From an uncultured Candidatus Saccharibacteria bacterium (GTDB lineage Bacteria; Patescibacteriota; Doudnabacteria; UBA920), in contig CAZTCH010000001.1 of assembly GCA_964612745.1 (NCBI GenBank), positions 77,387 through 141,386 of the forward strand: a DNA stretch of 64,000 bases. Reading direction: 5' to 3'. Position numbers and translations under genes: made by a program. Each line of letters opens with the position of its first letter. The stretch's first letter is position 1. Of this stretch, positions 17,653 to 29,445 are shown one piece after another. The notes under the pieces are model-generated. The model did not search any database, had not been told where the DNA came from, and worked only from the letters and a program-made list of their open reading frames with translations.

Positions 17653-18041
17653 AGCCCACTGTAGAACACTATGCCCACGCGTTTGTTGCTGCATGTCATG
17701 ACTCTGGTGACGCAGCAGTAGATGCAATTATCGAAAACTTGTTACTGGTAGTACGCGCAGATGGCAATGAGTCGCTTATTCCTGAAATAGTACACGCAAT
17801 AGAAGCCTTGCTCGAAACAGAGCGTACTGCGCCAGAAGGTAGCGCGACATTTGCCCGAGTCACAACAGCAGATAAATCTACGTTCGATACACTGCACACT
17901 GCCGCGGGCGCTGTGCTCCGTGATCACAAAGGGGTTGATGATGCCTTGGTTGGCGGAGTGGTCATTCGAGTAGATGACACGTTGGTAGATGGTAGTATCA
18001 AGGGTGAACTTGCGCGTATGCAAGAGCAGTTGTCTGAATAA
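17649..18041 (+). CDS. atpH: ATP synthase F1 delta subunit (short form)
   Basis: D.ALVGGVVIRVDDTLVDGSIK; operon position. Confidence 0.85.
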   Translation: MKPTVEHYAHAFVAACHDSGDAAVDAIIENLLLVVRADGNESLIPEIVHAIEALLETERTAPEGSATFARVTTADKSTFDTLHTAAGAVLRDHKGVDDALVGGVVIRVDDTLVDGSIKGELARMQEQLSE

Positions 18042-18064
18042 TGTGAATTTTAAAGAGTAATACT

Positions 18065-19597
18065 ATGCAAAAAGCAGATGCAATTTTAAATACACTCAAA
18101 GCACGGCTACAAGATTATTCTGCAGCGCCGGAAGTGCAGCATGTGGGCACTGTATTGGAAGTGGGTGATGGTGTTGCGCGCGTATCTGGTCTGTTTAAAG
18201 TAGCGAGCATGGAAATGGTAGAGTTTTTGCCGAGCGAACACAGCAATGGTGACCCATCGAAAGTATATGGTGTTGCTCTGAACTTAGAAGAGCGTGTAGT
18301 TGGTGTTATTGTGCTAGGCGATTTTCATGCAATCAGACAAGGTGATACAGTACGCGCTACCGGAAGGATTTTGTCTGTGCCCGTAACCGAACTACTTATT
18401 GGACGAGTTGTATCCGCGCTTGGCGAAGCAAAAGACGGTAAGGGTGAGATTAAAAGTAAACTGACCTACCCAGTAGAAAAGTTGGCACCAGGGGTTATAG
18501 ACAGACAATCAGTCAAAATCCCTGTGCAAACAGGTGTGAAAGCAATCGACGCACTTATCCCAATTGGCCGAGGGCAACGTGAATTGATAATTGGCGACAG
18601 GCAGACAGGGAAGACCGCGTTGGCTATTGATACTATCTTAAACCAGCACAATCAAGACATGATTTGTGTCTATGTTGCGATTGGGCAAAAAGAAAGCAAA
18701 GTGGCAAAGATTGTTGCAGAATTGGAAGAGCGAGGGGCGATGCGGTATACCATTGTGGTTTCGGCATCTGCGTCTGAACCGGCGGCATTGCAGTATATTG
18801 CTCCCTACGCTGCTACATCTATGGCAGAGTATTTTATGGATCAGGGGAAAGATGTACTCATTGTGTACGACGATTTGTCTAAGCAGGCGGTGGCGTATCG
18901 CGAGATTAGTTTGCTTCTGCGTAGACCACCAGGGCGAGAAGCATACCCTGGCGATGTGTTTTACCTCCACTCCCGGTTGCTTGAACGTGCTGCAAAATTG
19001 AGTGATGCACGTGGCGGTGGGTCAATTACTGCATTGCCAATAATCGAAACGCAAGCGGGTGACGTTTCTGCGTACATTCCTACCAACGTTATTTCTATTA
19101 CTGACGGACAAATTTTCTTGGAAAGCGATTTGTTTTACAAAGGTGTGCGCCCAGCGTTGAATGTGGGTATTTCGGTGTCTCGTGTTGGATCAAGCGCACA
19201 AACCAAAGCAATGAAAAAAGTGGCTGGGAAGTTAAAGCTCGCGCTGGCGCAGTTCCGTGAGTTGGAAAGCTTTGCACAGTTCGGCTCAGATTTAGATGAA
19301 GCAACACGTAAATCGCTTGAGCTGGGAAGGCGAGTTACAGAAATTTTGAAGCAGCCACAATACTCACCAGTACCATTGGAAGAGCAGGTAGTTGTGTTGT
19401 ACGCCGTGAACAACGGTTATATGGATGCAGTCCCTGTGGAAGAGGTGCGAGCGTGGGAGAAGGGTTGTATAGAGTACATGCGTACGCAAGGCAGAGAAGT
19501 GTTAAAAGCGATTGCTACACGAAAAGAGCTTTCTGAAGACATAGAGCAACAACTTATTGCAGCATTGCAGAATTTTCAAACTACTCGAGAGGTTTAA
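18065..19597 (+). CDS. atpA: ATP synthase F1 alpha subunit
   Basis: [29 protein letters not shown]. Confidence 0.98.
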   Translation: MQKADAILNTLKARLQDYSAAPEVQHVGTVLEVGDGVARVSGLFKVASMEMVEFLPSEHSNGDPSKVYGVALNLEERVVGVIVLGDFHAIRQGDTVRATGRILSVPVTELLIGRVVSALGEAKDGKGEIKSKLTYPVEKLAPGVIDRQSVKIPVQTGVKAIDALIPIGRGQRELIIGDRQTGKTALAIDTILNQHNQDMICVYVAIGQKESKVAKIVAELEERGAMRYTIVVSASASEPAALQYIAPYAATSMAEYFMDQGKDVLIVYDDLSKQAVAYREISLLLRRPPGREAYPGDVFYLHSRLLERAAKLSDARGGGSITALPIIETQAGDVSAYIPTNVISITDGQIFLESDLFYKGVRPALNVGISVSRVGSSAQTKAMKKVAGKLKLALAQFRELESFAQFGSDLDEATRKSLELGRRVTEILKQPQYSPVPLEEQVVVLYAVNNGYMDAVPVEEVRAWEKGCIEYMRTQGREVLKAIATRKELSEDIEQQLIAALQNFQTTREV

Positions 19598-19615
19598 CGG
19601 AGAAGTCAAAGAGAC

Positions 19616-20518
19616 ATGCCAGGAACACAAGAACTTACACGACGAATAAAAAGCATAAAGAGTACGCGTAAAGTCACGCGCGCTATGCAAATGGTGTCTG
19701 CGAGTAAGATGCGGAAAAGCCAAGTGGCAGCGCTTGCAAGTCGCGCGTATGCGCTCCAAGCAGAAAAACTCTTGCGCGTATTGCACTACGAAGCTACTGA
19801 CGACGCTGCTACTCAAGATGACGCAGAAGAAGTTATCCCAGCCATCTCTGGGCTCTTACAGCAAAGCCCAAGTGCACGACGTGTGGCTGTGGTTGTGGTG
19901 TCTACCAATAGAGGGTTGGTCGGTAGTTTTAACGCAAACTTGTGGTATACGCTTCGTGAGCTTGAACGGCTGCATGGGGCAGATGCCATAGATTACTATA
20001 TAGTAGGTCAGAAAGCTATGGATGTGGCCGTTCGGTTAGGAAGATCTGTCGCAGCGCACTTTGTGAAAGCAGATGCGCCGCGTATGGATACAGATGTCTA
20101 TCCAATGGCGCTCTTACTTGAGAAAGGGTTTCGAGAAGGGGTATATAGTCAGGTGTGTGTGGTATATAACAAATTTATTTCTACCTTGGCGCAAAAAGTA
20201 GTAACGGAACAGCTCCTCCCATTGCAGCTGCAAGCGCATGAGACGGGGAGCGAGAATAATTCAGATTTTCTGTTTGAGCCAGACCCTGTAGGGGTTCTTA
20301 CACAGTTACTGCCGAAAGTATTTGAAAGCAGGTTGTATCAAGCGCTGCTCGAAAATGATGCGGCAGAACACAGTGCGCGGATGCTTATGATGAAGAACGC
20401 AACCGATAGTGCTGGAGATATTATTGCAGACTTAACCCTGACGTATAACCAGTTGCGACAGAATAAGATTACAACAGAGTTAAGTGAGATTACGGCGGGG
20501 AAGATAGCACTTGAGTGA
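19616..20518 (+). CDS. atpG: ATP synthase F1 gamma subunit
   Basis: KVTRAMQMVSASK; RQNKITTELSEI. Confidence 0.97.
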   Translation: MPGTQELTRRIKSIKSTRKVTRAMQMVSASKMRKSQVAALASRAYALQAEKLLRVLHYEATDDAATQDDAEEVIPAISGLLQQSPSARRVAVVVVSTNRGLVGSFNANLWYTLRELERLHGADAIDYYIVGQKAMDVAVRLGRSVAAHFVKADAPRMDTDVYPMALLLEKGFREGVYSQVCVVYNKFISTLAQKVVTEQLLPLQLQAHETGSENNSDFLFEPDPVGVLTQLLPKVFESRLYQALLENDAAEHSARMLMMKNATDSAGDIIADLTLTYNQLRQNKITTELSEITAGKIALE

Positions 20519-20552
20519 CGAGTCATCAAACATTGAAGCATTAAACATATAA

Positions 20553-22004
<1,452 letters not shown>

Positions 22005-22021
22005 ATTCAAACCATCTTTGT

Positions 22022-22477
22022 ATGAGTCAATTACAGTTAGTTTTGGTGAGTCCAGAGCGAACTATGTATAGTGGTTTTGCCGAGAGCGTGAGTTGCCAAA
22101 CAGAAGACGGCGAGATTACTATTTTACCGCACCATACGCCGTTGTTAACAACACTACGCGCTGGTGAGTTGCGCGTACTGGTAGATGGACAGGTGCAGCT
22201 ATTCCACGTTGGGGGCGGTTTTGCAGAAGTGCAAGCTGGATCTTTGGTTATTATTTTGGCAGACGCCAGTGAACGTGTCTCAGAAATTGATGCAGAACGC
22301 GCGGCAGATGCATTGCAAAGAGCGAAAGAACGGTTAGCGCAAGAATCGTTAACCGATAGGGAATATGCAGCTGTTGCATCGTTAATAGAACGAAATGCAG
22401 CTCGCTTGCAAATTACTCGAAAGCATTCACACAGAAGGCGCAGTCCGGTGACGAGTGAGGGAGTGTTGGAGGAATAG
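22022..22477 (+). CDS. atpC: ATP synthase F1 epsilon subunit
   Basis: LVSPER, GEITILPHHTPL, GGFAEV. Confidence 0.95.
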   Translation: MSQLQLVLVSPERTMYSGFAESVSCQTEDGEITILPHHTPLLTTLRAGELRVLVDGQVQLFHVGGGFAEVQAGSLVIILADASERVSEIDAERAADALQRAKERLAQESLTDREYAAVASLIERNAARLQITRKHSHRRRSPVTSEGVLEE

Positions 22478-22945
22478 AGAATAGAGAATAGAGGGTAGAG
22501 GGTAGAGGGTAAAAAAACTTTTTGCATAGCAAAAAGTTTTTTTAGTACTATTTTCGAATTACGAATTACGAATTACGAATTACGCATTACGAATTACGCA
22601 TTACGAATTACGCATTACGTATTTTGATTTTCTACTTACTACTTTCTACTTACTGATTACTAATTCTTCTATTTCTTCTGTACTTATTACGCATTACGAA
22701 TTACGCATTACGTATTTTGATTTTCTACTTACTACTTTCTACTTACTGATTACTAATTCTTCTATTTCTTCTGTACTTATTACGCATTACGAATTACGCA
22801 TTACGTATTTGTAATTATCTGTTGTGGATATATTATTTTGTATTTGAATTTCTCTTTCAATTCTCTACTCTCTATTCTCTTTTTACTATTTTCTACTTAC
22901 TAATTACTCTTTACTATTCTCTACTCTCTATTCTCTACCCTCTAT
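22475..22945 (+). repeat. Large mosaic repeat region: (TAGAGAA/TAGAGGG)x5 starting at the atpC stop, ATTACGA/ATTACGC array, 93-bp unit repeated 2.3 times, then complementary CTCTACT/CTCTATT arrays
   Basis: Read directly; 93-bp units start at 22593, 22686 and 22779. Confidence 0.92.
22511..22543 (+). terminator. Intrinsic terminator of the atp operon
   Basis: AAAAAAACTTTTTGC-ATA-GCAAAAAGTTTTTTT hairpin. Confidence 0.7.
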
Positions 22946-22971
22946 TTTAAAAAGTTATCAACAATTTTTTC

Positions 22972-23001
22972 TTGACATTGAATTTCGTTACTCGCTATAA
23001 T
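22972..23001 (+). promoter_or_regulatory. Consensus sigma70 promoter
   Basis: TTGACA-N18-TATAAT. Confidence 0.75.
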
Positions 23002-23235
23002 TGATGTGTACAGTTTTTCTTTTACAAAAAAAGAAATAGAAAATATTCCTACACACGTAGGTTGATGAAAAATAAAAATCATCAAAGCGTATCACGCACT
23101 ACAAGAAACACAGAAAGAAATTTATTCTATCCTACTTGCGATCTGCTAAAAGGTTACAACCTCTCTGCAGAGCGGTAGAAAAATTAAGGAACACAATCTT
23201 TAAATTAAATTTGTGTTCCACGGAGACTCAAAAAA

Positions 23236-23319
23236 ATGGCAGCAAAGAAAAAAGCCAAAAAGGCTACAAAGAAGACCGTCAAGAAGGCAACCAAAAAGGC
23301 CTCCAAGAAGCGTCTTTAA
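23236..23319 (+). CDS. 27-aa Lys/Ala-rich histone H1-like peptide (MAAKKKAKKATKKTVKKATKKASKKRL)
   Basis: GGAG upstream, own promoter and terminator; below the ORF-track size cutoff. Confidence 0.7.
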   Translation: MAAKKKAKKATKKTVKKATKKASKKRL

Positions 23320-23347
23320 TTTGTTCTTCGCTTAGGCGAAAACAAAT

Positions 23348-23381
23348 ATAAAACCACTAAGTTTTTACTTAGTGGTTTTAT
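23348..23381 (+). terminator. Intrinsic terminator
   Basis: ATAAAACCACTAAGT...ACTTAGTGGTTTTAT. Confidence 0.7.
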
Positions 23382-23415
23382 TTATGCCTAAAATTGACTT
23401 GCAAAAAGTCTTAAA

Positions 23416-24234
23416 TTGTTGTACAATATAGATTCTCTTGTGCAGAGTATTCTGCTACTAGGGAGCTCTATTATATTGAACTATATGTCTGAACCACATT
23501 TTGAGTTACCTAAAAATTTAACACCACGAGACCCTGCAGATAACGATAGGGAGATAGAAGAAATAGTAAGCCCTATCCAGCCAGAACCAAAGCACAAACA
23601 TTTTAAAAGTGGGCTTATCCCTTTGTTGTTAGTTCTTTTGTGCGCAGGTGTGGGTGCGGTTGTGCTCTACGATGCGTGGCCAAAGTTTGAGTACGGTGCA
23701 AAAGAAGCGAAAGCACCAGAAGTTGTTGCGCAAGCAGTCGTACCAACACCATCAGTCATAGAATCCGTACAAGTACCAACACCTACACCACTCGTCTCAA
23801 GCATTGCGACTGATGTACCCAGTGTAGTTGCTGTGGTGCCAGCACCAACTCCAGTAGTAAAGGTTGCAGGAACGAGTACGACTCGTACGAAAAAAGCTAC
23901 AACGTACACCGCAGTAGATGGCGTACGCATAGCGCTTGCTGCAGGGGAAACCGCTTCTACCGGCGAAGGTGTTACGGTGGTATATGCTGCTAGTGGTGCT
24001 GTATTGCTTCGTGTTGAACAGTCTGCATTCTTGCTGGACACACCAGCAGCGCTCGGGTATCAGCTTGCTTTAAGCCCAGATATCTCTCGCTTGCAGTCTA
24101 CATTCTTTGGTGATTATCCAGCGTTCTCTTATGTCCAAGCAGGGCACAAAGGCATGGCGATTATCCGTGGTCAGGTTGTGTACTATGTTACCGAACGTGC
24201 CCAAAATCAGCTTTCTAAATTTTCTGTACAATAA
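23416..24234 (+). CDS. Hypothetical membrane-anchored protein with Pro/Thr-rich linker (true start may be 23485)
   Basis: One TM followed by VPTP repeats. Confidence 0.7.
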   Translation: MLYNIDSLVQSILLLGSSIILNYMSEPHFELPKNLTPRDPADNDREIEEIVSPIQPEPKHKHFKSGLIPLLLVLLCAGVGAVVLYDAWPKFEYGAKEAKAPEVVAQAVVPTPSVIESVQVPTPTPLVSSIATDVPSVVAVVPAPTPVVKVAGTSTTRTKKATTYTAVDGVRIALAAGETASTGEGVTVVYAASGAVLLRVEQSAFLLDTPAALGYQLALSPDISRLQSTFFGDYPAFSYVQAGHKGMAIIRGQVVYYVTERAQNQLSKFSVQ

Positions 24235-24240
24235 CAAACA

Positions 24241-24648
24241 ATGAAACATATTTTAGGAATATTTAATCCCGAATGGGAACTCGTAGCGGTTGTTGAGTTT
24301 GCAGGTAGCGATATGCATCTGCGAACACTCGGCGAGCATTCCTGTGAGCAGATTGTGGTAGACACACTCACTCGTCTCCGGGGAAACGCAGCCGAATCGA
24401 GGCAGCCAGAAAAAGATGAAACAGGTTGTGTTACAGGGTTTAAATCTTTTACTCCCGAAGAAGACGGCTATATCGGAGCAGTGGGCGATGAACTGAGAAA
24501 AGTTGGTGCTCGAGTATTTGAGTTCGACGCAGAGCTTGAAGCATTAGTCCGGCTTATCCCTGTTCCTGCTCGGCAACAATTGTTGCCCGAAGTGCTCTTT
24601 ATGGAAGCTTCGCTTGCTCGTGAAGTGCTATCGCATATTACTATGTAA
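24241..24648 (+). CDS. Hypothetical protein
   Basis: Co-oriented 135-aa ORF tightly following the upstream gene. Confidence 0.65.
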   Translation: MKHILGIFNPEWELVAVVEFAGSDMHLRTLGEHSCEQIVVDTLTRLRGNAAESRQPEKDETGCVTGFKSFTPEEDGYIGAVGDELRKVGARVFEFDAELEALVRLIPVPARQQLLPEVLFMEASLAREVLSHITM

Positions 24649-24704
24649 TTATCCGTGCACATGCATGTTGGAATACAACGCACATGTGCGCATAAGGAAC
24701 TTCT

Positions 24705-25958
24705 ATGACAAAAATTTTACAAAATAAGAAAGTGTTCGCTGCCTTTTTAGGTATCGTGTTTGCACTTTCTGCGTTCCAGTTCGCTGGTGCGTCTCTGAAT
24801 TCGAATTATACTGCTATTAAAAATAGACAAGCGCGTTTTGCAGACACAACGACCGGTGGTGCGGTTATTACTGCTCCAGATCGTTTGCCAGTGGTTACAC
24901 CAACGCCTACACCAGCTGCTCCTTGTGCGATCATTCGCCCAGTTTCTGCAGTTGCTTCTGCTGTGCTTTCTGCTCCAACCGATGCAGTAAAAGCAATAGA
25001 CAACGACGTGAATACCATGTGGAATTCAGGTCAGTTTGCAACACAAGAAACACCAGTGTGGATCGAATTAAACTTAGGGGCAGTGTACGATGTGCAAGGT
25101 CTCCGAGTGCATGTTGCACAAAATCCAGATGCGAGCAGCCAACCAAAGCCTGCAGCACCTTTCCATGTCATTTTGACTGGTGAAAAGGCAAATCCAACCA
25201 CTGTTTCTACTACTTTGCACAAAGACTTGTACAACAAGACTTGGGAAGAAGTATCATTTAATACAGTCGCCACGCGAACACAATATGTACGTGTATTGAC
25301 TAAAAGCTCTCCTTCTTGGGTAGCTTGGTACGAGTTAGAAGTATGTGGAAACCCTTCTGGTCCAGTGGTAACGCTGTGCCCACAAGCACGAGTACAGATA
25401 ACGCAGCTGGCTTTGACTGTCGGTCAGACCACGACCGTTTCTGCTCCAGCGAATTGGTATGGTGGTTCCTTCCACACCACAAACCCTCAGGTAGTTACCG
25501 TAAATGGCACTACCATCACCGCAGTGGCTGCTGGTACTGCATCTATCTACGGAATGGGGTTCCGTGTTGGTCAGAACTGGCCATGTACAGCTGATGCTGT
25601 TATGGTTACCGTTACTGCGCCACAGATACAACCTTTTATTGGTGGATACGGTGTAGTCAGTACTTGTATGAGCCGCATGCATACCATTTCTGCAGTTTCT
25701 CCAGTACCAGCGGAGATTCGCTTTACTGAACTTCGCCTTGAAAAAACTCCTGCGAACCCAGGAAATTACACTGGGCCTCGGGTAGTTACTCTGACGAAGC
25801 AAGCAGATGGTGTATACCGTGGTAGTATTACGGTATCGACAAACCATTTCCCTGCAGGTACTGCTGCAATCTTTCGATTGTTTAGTACCTCTGGTGTGCA
25901 AATTCACCCAGGGTATGGTGCAGTCAGTCATGATTATGACGCACACTGCGGAAGCTAG
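24705..25958 (+). CDS. Secreted protein with discoidin (F5/8 type C) and Ig-like domains
   Basis: Signal peptide; KAIDND.NT.WNSG, WIELNLG, YVRV, ELEV; TITAVAAGTASI. Confidence 0.75.
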   Translation: MTKILQNKKVFAAFLGIVFALSAFQFAGASLNSNYTAIKNRQARFADTTTGGAVITAPDRLPVVTPTPTPAAPCAIIRPVSAVASAVLSAPTDAVKAIDNDVNTMWNSGQFATQETPVWIELNLGAVYDVQGLRVHVAQNPDASSQPKPAAPFHVILTGEKANPTTVSTTLHKDLYNKTWEEVSFNTVATRTQYVRVLTKSSPSWVAWYELEVCGNPSGPVVTLCPQARVQITQLALTVGQTTTVSAPANWYGGSFHTTNPQVVTVNGTTITAVAAGTASIYGMGFRVGQNWPCTADAVMVTVTAPQIQPFIGGYGVVSTCMSRMHTISAVSPVPAEIRFTELRLEKTPANPGNYTGPRVVTLTKQADGVYRGSITVSTNHFPAGTAAIFRLFSTSGVQIHPGYGAVSHDYDAHCGS

Positions 25959-25978
25959 TGTGATGAATAGCAAATATG

Positions 25979-26005
25979 AAACCCGTACGAATTTCGTACG
26001 GGTTT
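25979..26005. terminator. Bidirectional terminator between convergent genes
   Basis: AAACCCGTACGAA-T-TTCGTACGGGTTT. Confidence 0.7.
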
Positions 26006-26014
26006 TTTGTTGGG

Positions 26015-27280
26015 CTATTCTTGGCTAACTGGTTGCCAGCGAATGGTGTAGAGGCTCGATTTTTCTGTTCTTTGATACAGTTTTGCTTTTGGGTTTTCCT
26101 CTTTGTAAGCTTGGTATGTTACGAAGTCTGCAAATGGGCGCAGCCCAGTTTGTTCGATTAAAAAGATGGTGGGATTATTTTTGAATTGCACCATGCTCCC
26201 AACTTTGATGCTTGTCGGCAATTTTGCAGGATTAGCCCTGCTGGGGAAGTTAAGGACGATGTCCATTTGGGGTTTCTGCTTGCCTTCTTCTGGCTCTATA
26301 GAAAGTGGGTAATCGCCCCACCACGGGCCGCTTGACCAGTATATGGCTCCAACGAGCTCGTCGTTGTTGTCGACTGTGTCGAGCATGTTTCGCATGATTG
26401 CGAGCGCTTGTGGGTCAGCGCTGGGGGCTCCGTATTCGGTAAGTATACCGCGTACTTTATGTGTTTTGAGCCATTGAAGGAAGGGGAGGATGCGCTCAGT
26501 GCCCAACGTGGCTGCGCTGGTGACTTTGCTTGCATATGTGCCGGTGAAATCTTTGTCAAAGTAGATGTGCGCTGCATAGAGTAGTTTTCCTGCAGGGTCA
26601 GCAATGAGCAAATCGCGGTTGTTGTCCTGCCAAAAATAGGCGCTTTGCCAGCTATATCCAGGGATAAGCAGAGTAGTTTTGGTGTCTACTTTTCGAATTT
26701 CGGTCACGGTGGTTTGCATGATGTTTTTCCATGCAGTACTACCACCCGGTAAGTCGTGTGGCTCGTTCATGAGTTCGGCTCCCCACAACGCTGGTTTTTG
26801 CTTTAACGCAGTGAGTAGCTTTACCCAAACGTCGGCAAGGGCAGCGTTATCTTCTTCTTGTAACGGTGTGTGGTAGTAGCGTCCGTAATTGTGCAGATCA
26901 AGAATTACTTTGGTGTTTGCTGTTGCAGCAGAGTCTAAAAATGCCGCAAGCGCGGTAACGCCGCTCTGGTTTAGTTCGCCAAATTTTTTTGCTTGGAGGC
27001 GTTCCCAGAGAAAGGGGAGTCGGACCACGGTTAAGCCTTTGCTGGAAAATGAGGTAAGAATTTCTGTATCGGTTGGGTATATATAGTCTTTGCCTTCTAC
27101 CCCTGGGAGCTTCTGGGGGCCGAATTCTGCTCCGCTGCGGTTAACGCCATATACTTTTTCTGGGCGGGGTGCGCTTGCTCCGTCTGCTCGGTTGCTACCG
27201 GACACAAATGGAAAAACCACCGTAAATAAGCAGAAAAGCAATAAAATTTTGTGTGATTTAGCCATTGACTTTTTTCTCAA
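26015..27280 (-). CDS. Glycoside hydrolase family 5 (cellulase-like), secreted
   Basis: GVNRSGAEFG, RLPFLWERLQ, LDLHNYGRY, MNEPH (acid/base), LTEYG (nucleophile). Confidence 0.9.
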   Translation of the reverse strand: MRKKSMAKSHKILLLFCLFTVVFPFVSGSNRADGASAPRPEKVYGVNRSGAEFGPQKLPGVEGKDYIYPTDTEILTSFSSKGLTVVRLPFLWERLQAKKFGELNQSGVTALAAFLDSAATANTKVILDLHNYGRYYHTPLQEEDNAALADVWVKLLTALKQKPALWGAELMNEPHDLPGGSTAWKNIMQTTVTEIRKVDTKTTLLIPGYSWQSAYFWQDNNRDLLIADPAGKLLYAAHIYFDKDFTGTYASKVTSAATLGTERILPFLQWLKTHKVRGILTEYGAPSADPQALAIMRNMLDTVDNNDELVGAIYWSSGPWWGDYPLSIEPEEGKQKPQMDIVLNFPSRANPAKLPTSIKVGSMVQFKNNPTIFLIEQTGLRPFADFVTYQAYKEENPKAKLYQRTEKSSLYTIRWQPVSQE

Positions 27281-27359
27281 AATATGATTTAATTACATAA
27301 CTAAGCCAAGAATTGGCCAGTTAGTCAAGGACTCACAGTATAACCTATTTTGGCCCGCT

Positions 27360-29444
27360 ATGCACCATTCCGTAATTGTCATTCCTACATATAACGAAAA
27401 AGAGAACATTGGTACGATTGTGCCAATGATTTTTTCTGTTGCAAAAAAACTGGAACGAGAGGCGATAATTTCAATTCTGGTAGTAGACGATACTTCTCCA
27501 GACGGTACGGCAGATGTGGTTCGGGCAATGCAAGCGCAGTATCCAAACTTGCAACTAATTCTGGGGAAAAAAGAAGGCTTGGGGAAAGCCTACGTCCGAG
27601 GAATGCATCATGCGTTAACGGTCTTGGGTGCGGACTCAGTATTTGAAATGGACGCAGATTTGTCCCACGACCCAGAGGCAATCCCAAGCATGCTCAGAGA
27701 AATTTTGTCTGACAGTGCCGATTTTGTGATTGGTTCACGATACGTTTCTGGTGGGTCTATCCCACTCGAGTGGCCTTTCATGCGCAAGCTCAATTCATGG
27801 GCAGGAAACTTTGTTGCTCGCGTAGTTATTGGGCTCTATGGTATTCGTGATTGTACCGGTGGTTTTCGTGCCATTCGTGCTTCGGTGCTTCAAGCTGTGC
27901 ATTTAGAAGAAATTCCAGTTGCAGGCTACGCTTTTCAAGTTAGCTTATTGCAACGAGCTGTTTTGGTTGGAGCACGGATATTGGAAGTACCAATTACTTT
28001 TCGTGACCGCGAAATTGGTGTGTCAAAGTTGCGACTGAAAGATCAAATTGAATTTATTTATAAATCCTTTACGTTACGCATTCATAGCCTGACTGTGCGC
28101 TACGGATTATTTGCATTACTATTTTCTGTTGTTGTAGCATTTTTCGCTGCTGTATACATGTCTACTGAGCACGTTGCTGCGTTTGTGGTAGGTATTTCTG
28201 TTTTGCTGTTGGCACAAGGTGTGTGGAATTTGTGGCTCATGATCCAAGTGTGGGATAACCCACATAAGACAGGTGAATATGGTTCACCAAAGACATATGA
28301 AGCGCCACAGTATTCTTTTACCGCACTGTTGCCTGCGCTACACGAAGAAGTAGTGATTGGAGATACTATTCGCGCTGTGCATGCAGTGGATTACCCAAGC
28401 CACTTAAAGCAGATTTTAGTCATTTGCCGGTACGACGACACGGGGACAATTGCAGCAGCAGAACAAGCGATTGCAGGTCTGGGCGAAGGTGCCAATGCGA
28501 AAGTACTGGTATATAACCGTATCCCAAGCAACAAGCCGAAACAAATGAACTTTGCTTTGGCAGAAACCACTGGGGATGTCGTTGTACCATTTGACGCAGA
28601 AGATGGACCACACAAAGATTTGTACCACATTGTAAACACCACCATGATTCGCCAGAATGCAGATGTTGTGCAGTCTGGGGTACAGCTCATGAACTTTGAA
28701 AGCAACTGGTATTCGGTGTACAACGTGTTGGAGTATTTCTTCTGGTTTAAGTCTGTCCTTCCGTATTTTGCTGCGCGTGGTGCAGTGCCTTTGGGTGGAA
28801 ACACCGTATTCTTTAAACGAAAGTGGCTAGAACGAATTGGTGGCTGGGACGAAGAATGTTTAACAGAAGATGCAGAAATTGGGATGAAGTTGTCCCAAGC
28901 TGGTGCGCGTATTCGAGTTATTTACGAAGAACAGCACGCAACCCAAGAAGAAGCACCGCTTTCACTGGGCGTGTTTATTAAGCAACGTACCCGTTGGCAC
29001 CAAGGGTTCATGCAAGTTATTGGCAAGGGTCAATGGCGTAAGTTTTTGACCGTAAGGCAGCAAGCATTGTCTTTGTACGTACTGGCATGGCCAGAAATCC
29101 AAGCGGTGTTGTTCTTGTACGCTTTTGTCTCTGCGGTTGCTTTGTTCTTTATTAAGCTTCCTGCATGGGCGACGGTCGTTTCTATATTGCCGTTGTATTT
29201 ACTCGTTGTATTGTTTGTTGTGTGTGTTGTTGCACTCTACCAATTTTGCCAAAGTTACAACAAGAAGTTTCCGTGGTGGATGCCGTTTAAAATGTTAGTA
29301 GCATTTTATCCTTTTCAGATTTTACTTGGAGTATCTGCGCTGCGAGCTGTGTACCGACTATTGAAAGGTTCAACTGGTTGGGAAAAGACTGTGCACGTTG
29401 GGGCACACCGTGTGAGCGTACCGCTAGAAGTACCGTTAGAATAA
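27360..29444 (+). CDS. Double GT2 fusion: polyprenol-phosphate-mannose synthase-like domain plus cellulose-synthase-like processive GT2
   Basis: IPTYNE..VDDTSPDGT..MDADLSH; then FDAED, LTED and QRTRW (QxxRW). Confidence 0.88.
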   Translation: MHHSVIVIPTYNEKENIGTIVPMIFSVAKKLEREAIISILVVDDTSPDGTADVVRAMQAQYPNLQLILGKKEGLGKAYVRGMHHALTVLGADSVFEMDADLSHDPEAIPSMLREILSDSADFVIGSRYVSGGSIPLEWPFMRKLNSWAGNFVARVVIGLYGIRDCTGGFRAIRASVLQAVHLEEIPVAGYAFQVSLLQRAVLVGARILEVPITFRDREIGVSKLRLKDQIEFIYKSFTLRIHSLTVRYGLFALLFSVVVAFFAAVYMSTEHVAAFVVGISVLLLAQGVWNLWLMIQVWDNPHKTGEYGSPKTYEAPQYSFTALLPALHEEVVIGDTIRAVHAVDYPSHLKQILVICRYDDTGTIAAAEQAIAGLGEGANAKVLVYNRIPSNKPKQMNFALAETTGDVVVPFDAEDGPHKDLYHIVNTTMIRQNADVVQSGVQLMNFESNWYSVYNVLEYFFWFKSVLPYFAARGAVPLGGNTVFFKRKWLERIGGWDEECLTEDAEIGMKLSQAGARIRVIYEEQHATQEEAPLSLGVFIKQRTRWHQGFMQVIGKGQWRKFLTVRQQALSLYVLAWPEIQAVLFLYAFVSAVALFFIKLPAWATVVSILPLYLLVVLFVVCVVALYQFCQSYNKKFPWWMPFKMLVAFYPFQILLGVSALRAVYRLLKGSTGWEKTVHVGAHRVSVPLEVPLE

Positions 29445-29445
29445 T

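Noticed and set aside
20516-20518. Alternative genetic code (UGA=Gly, as in Gracilibacteria/Absconditabacteria)
   Set aside because: atpG ends at TGA at its expected C-terminus, and conserved genes are full-length under code 11.
22593-22810. CRISPR-like pattern (32-bp repeat x3 with 61-bp spacers)
   Set aside because: The spacers are identical and low-complexity, the repeat is itself a heptamer array, and there are no cas genes; this is a tandem duplication.
22810-23235. Replication origin (AT-rich, DnaA-like boxes)
   Set aside because: Only two imperfect boxes, no dnaA/dnaN nearby, and no obvious switch in gene orientation or G/T skew.
23136-23351. 71-aa ORF from the track
   Set aside because: It overlaps the better supported Lys-rich peptide in another frame, which has an SD and an ATG start.
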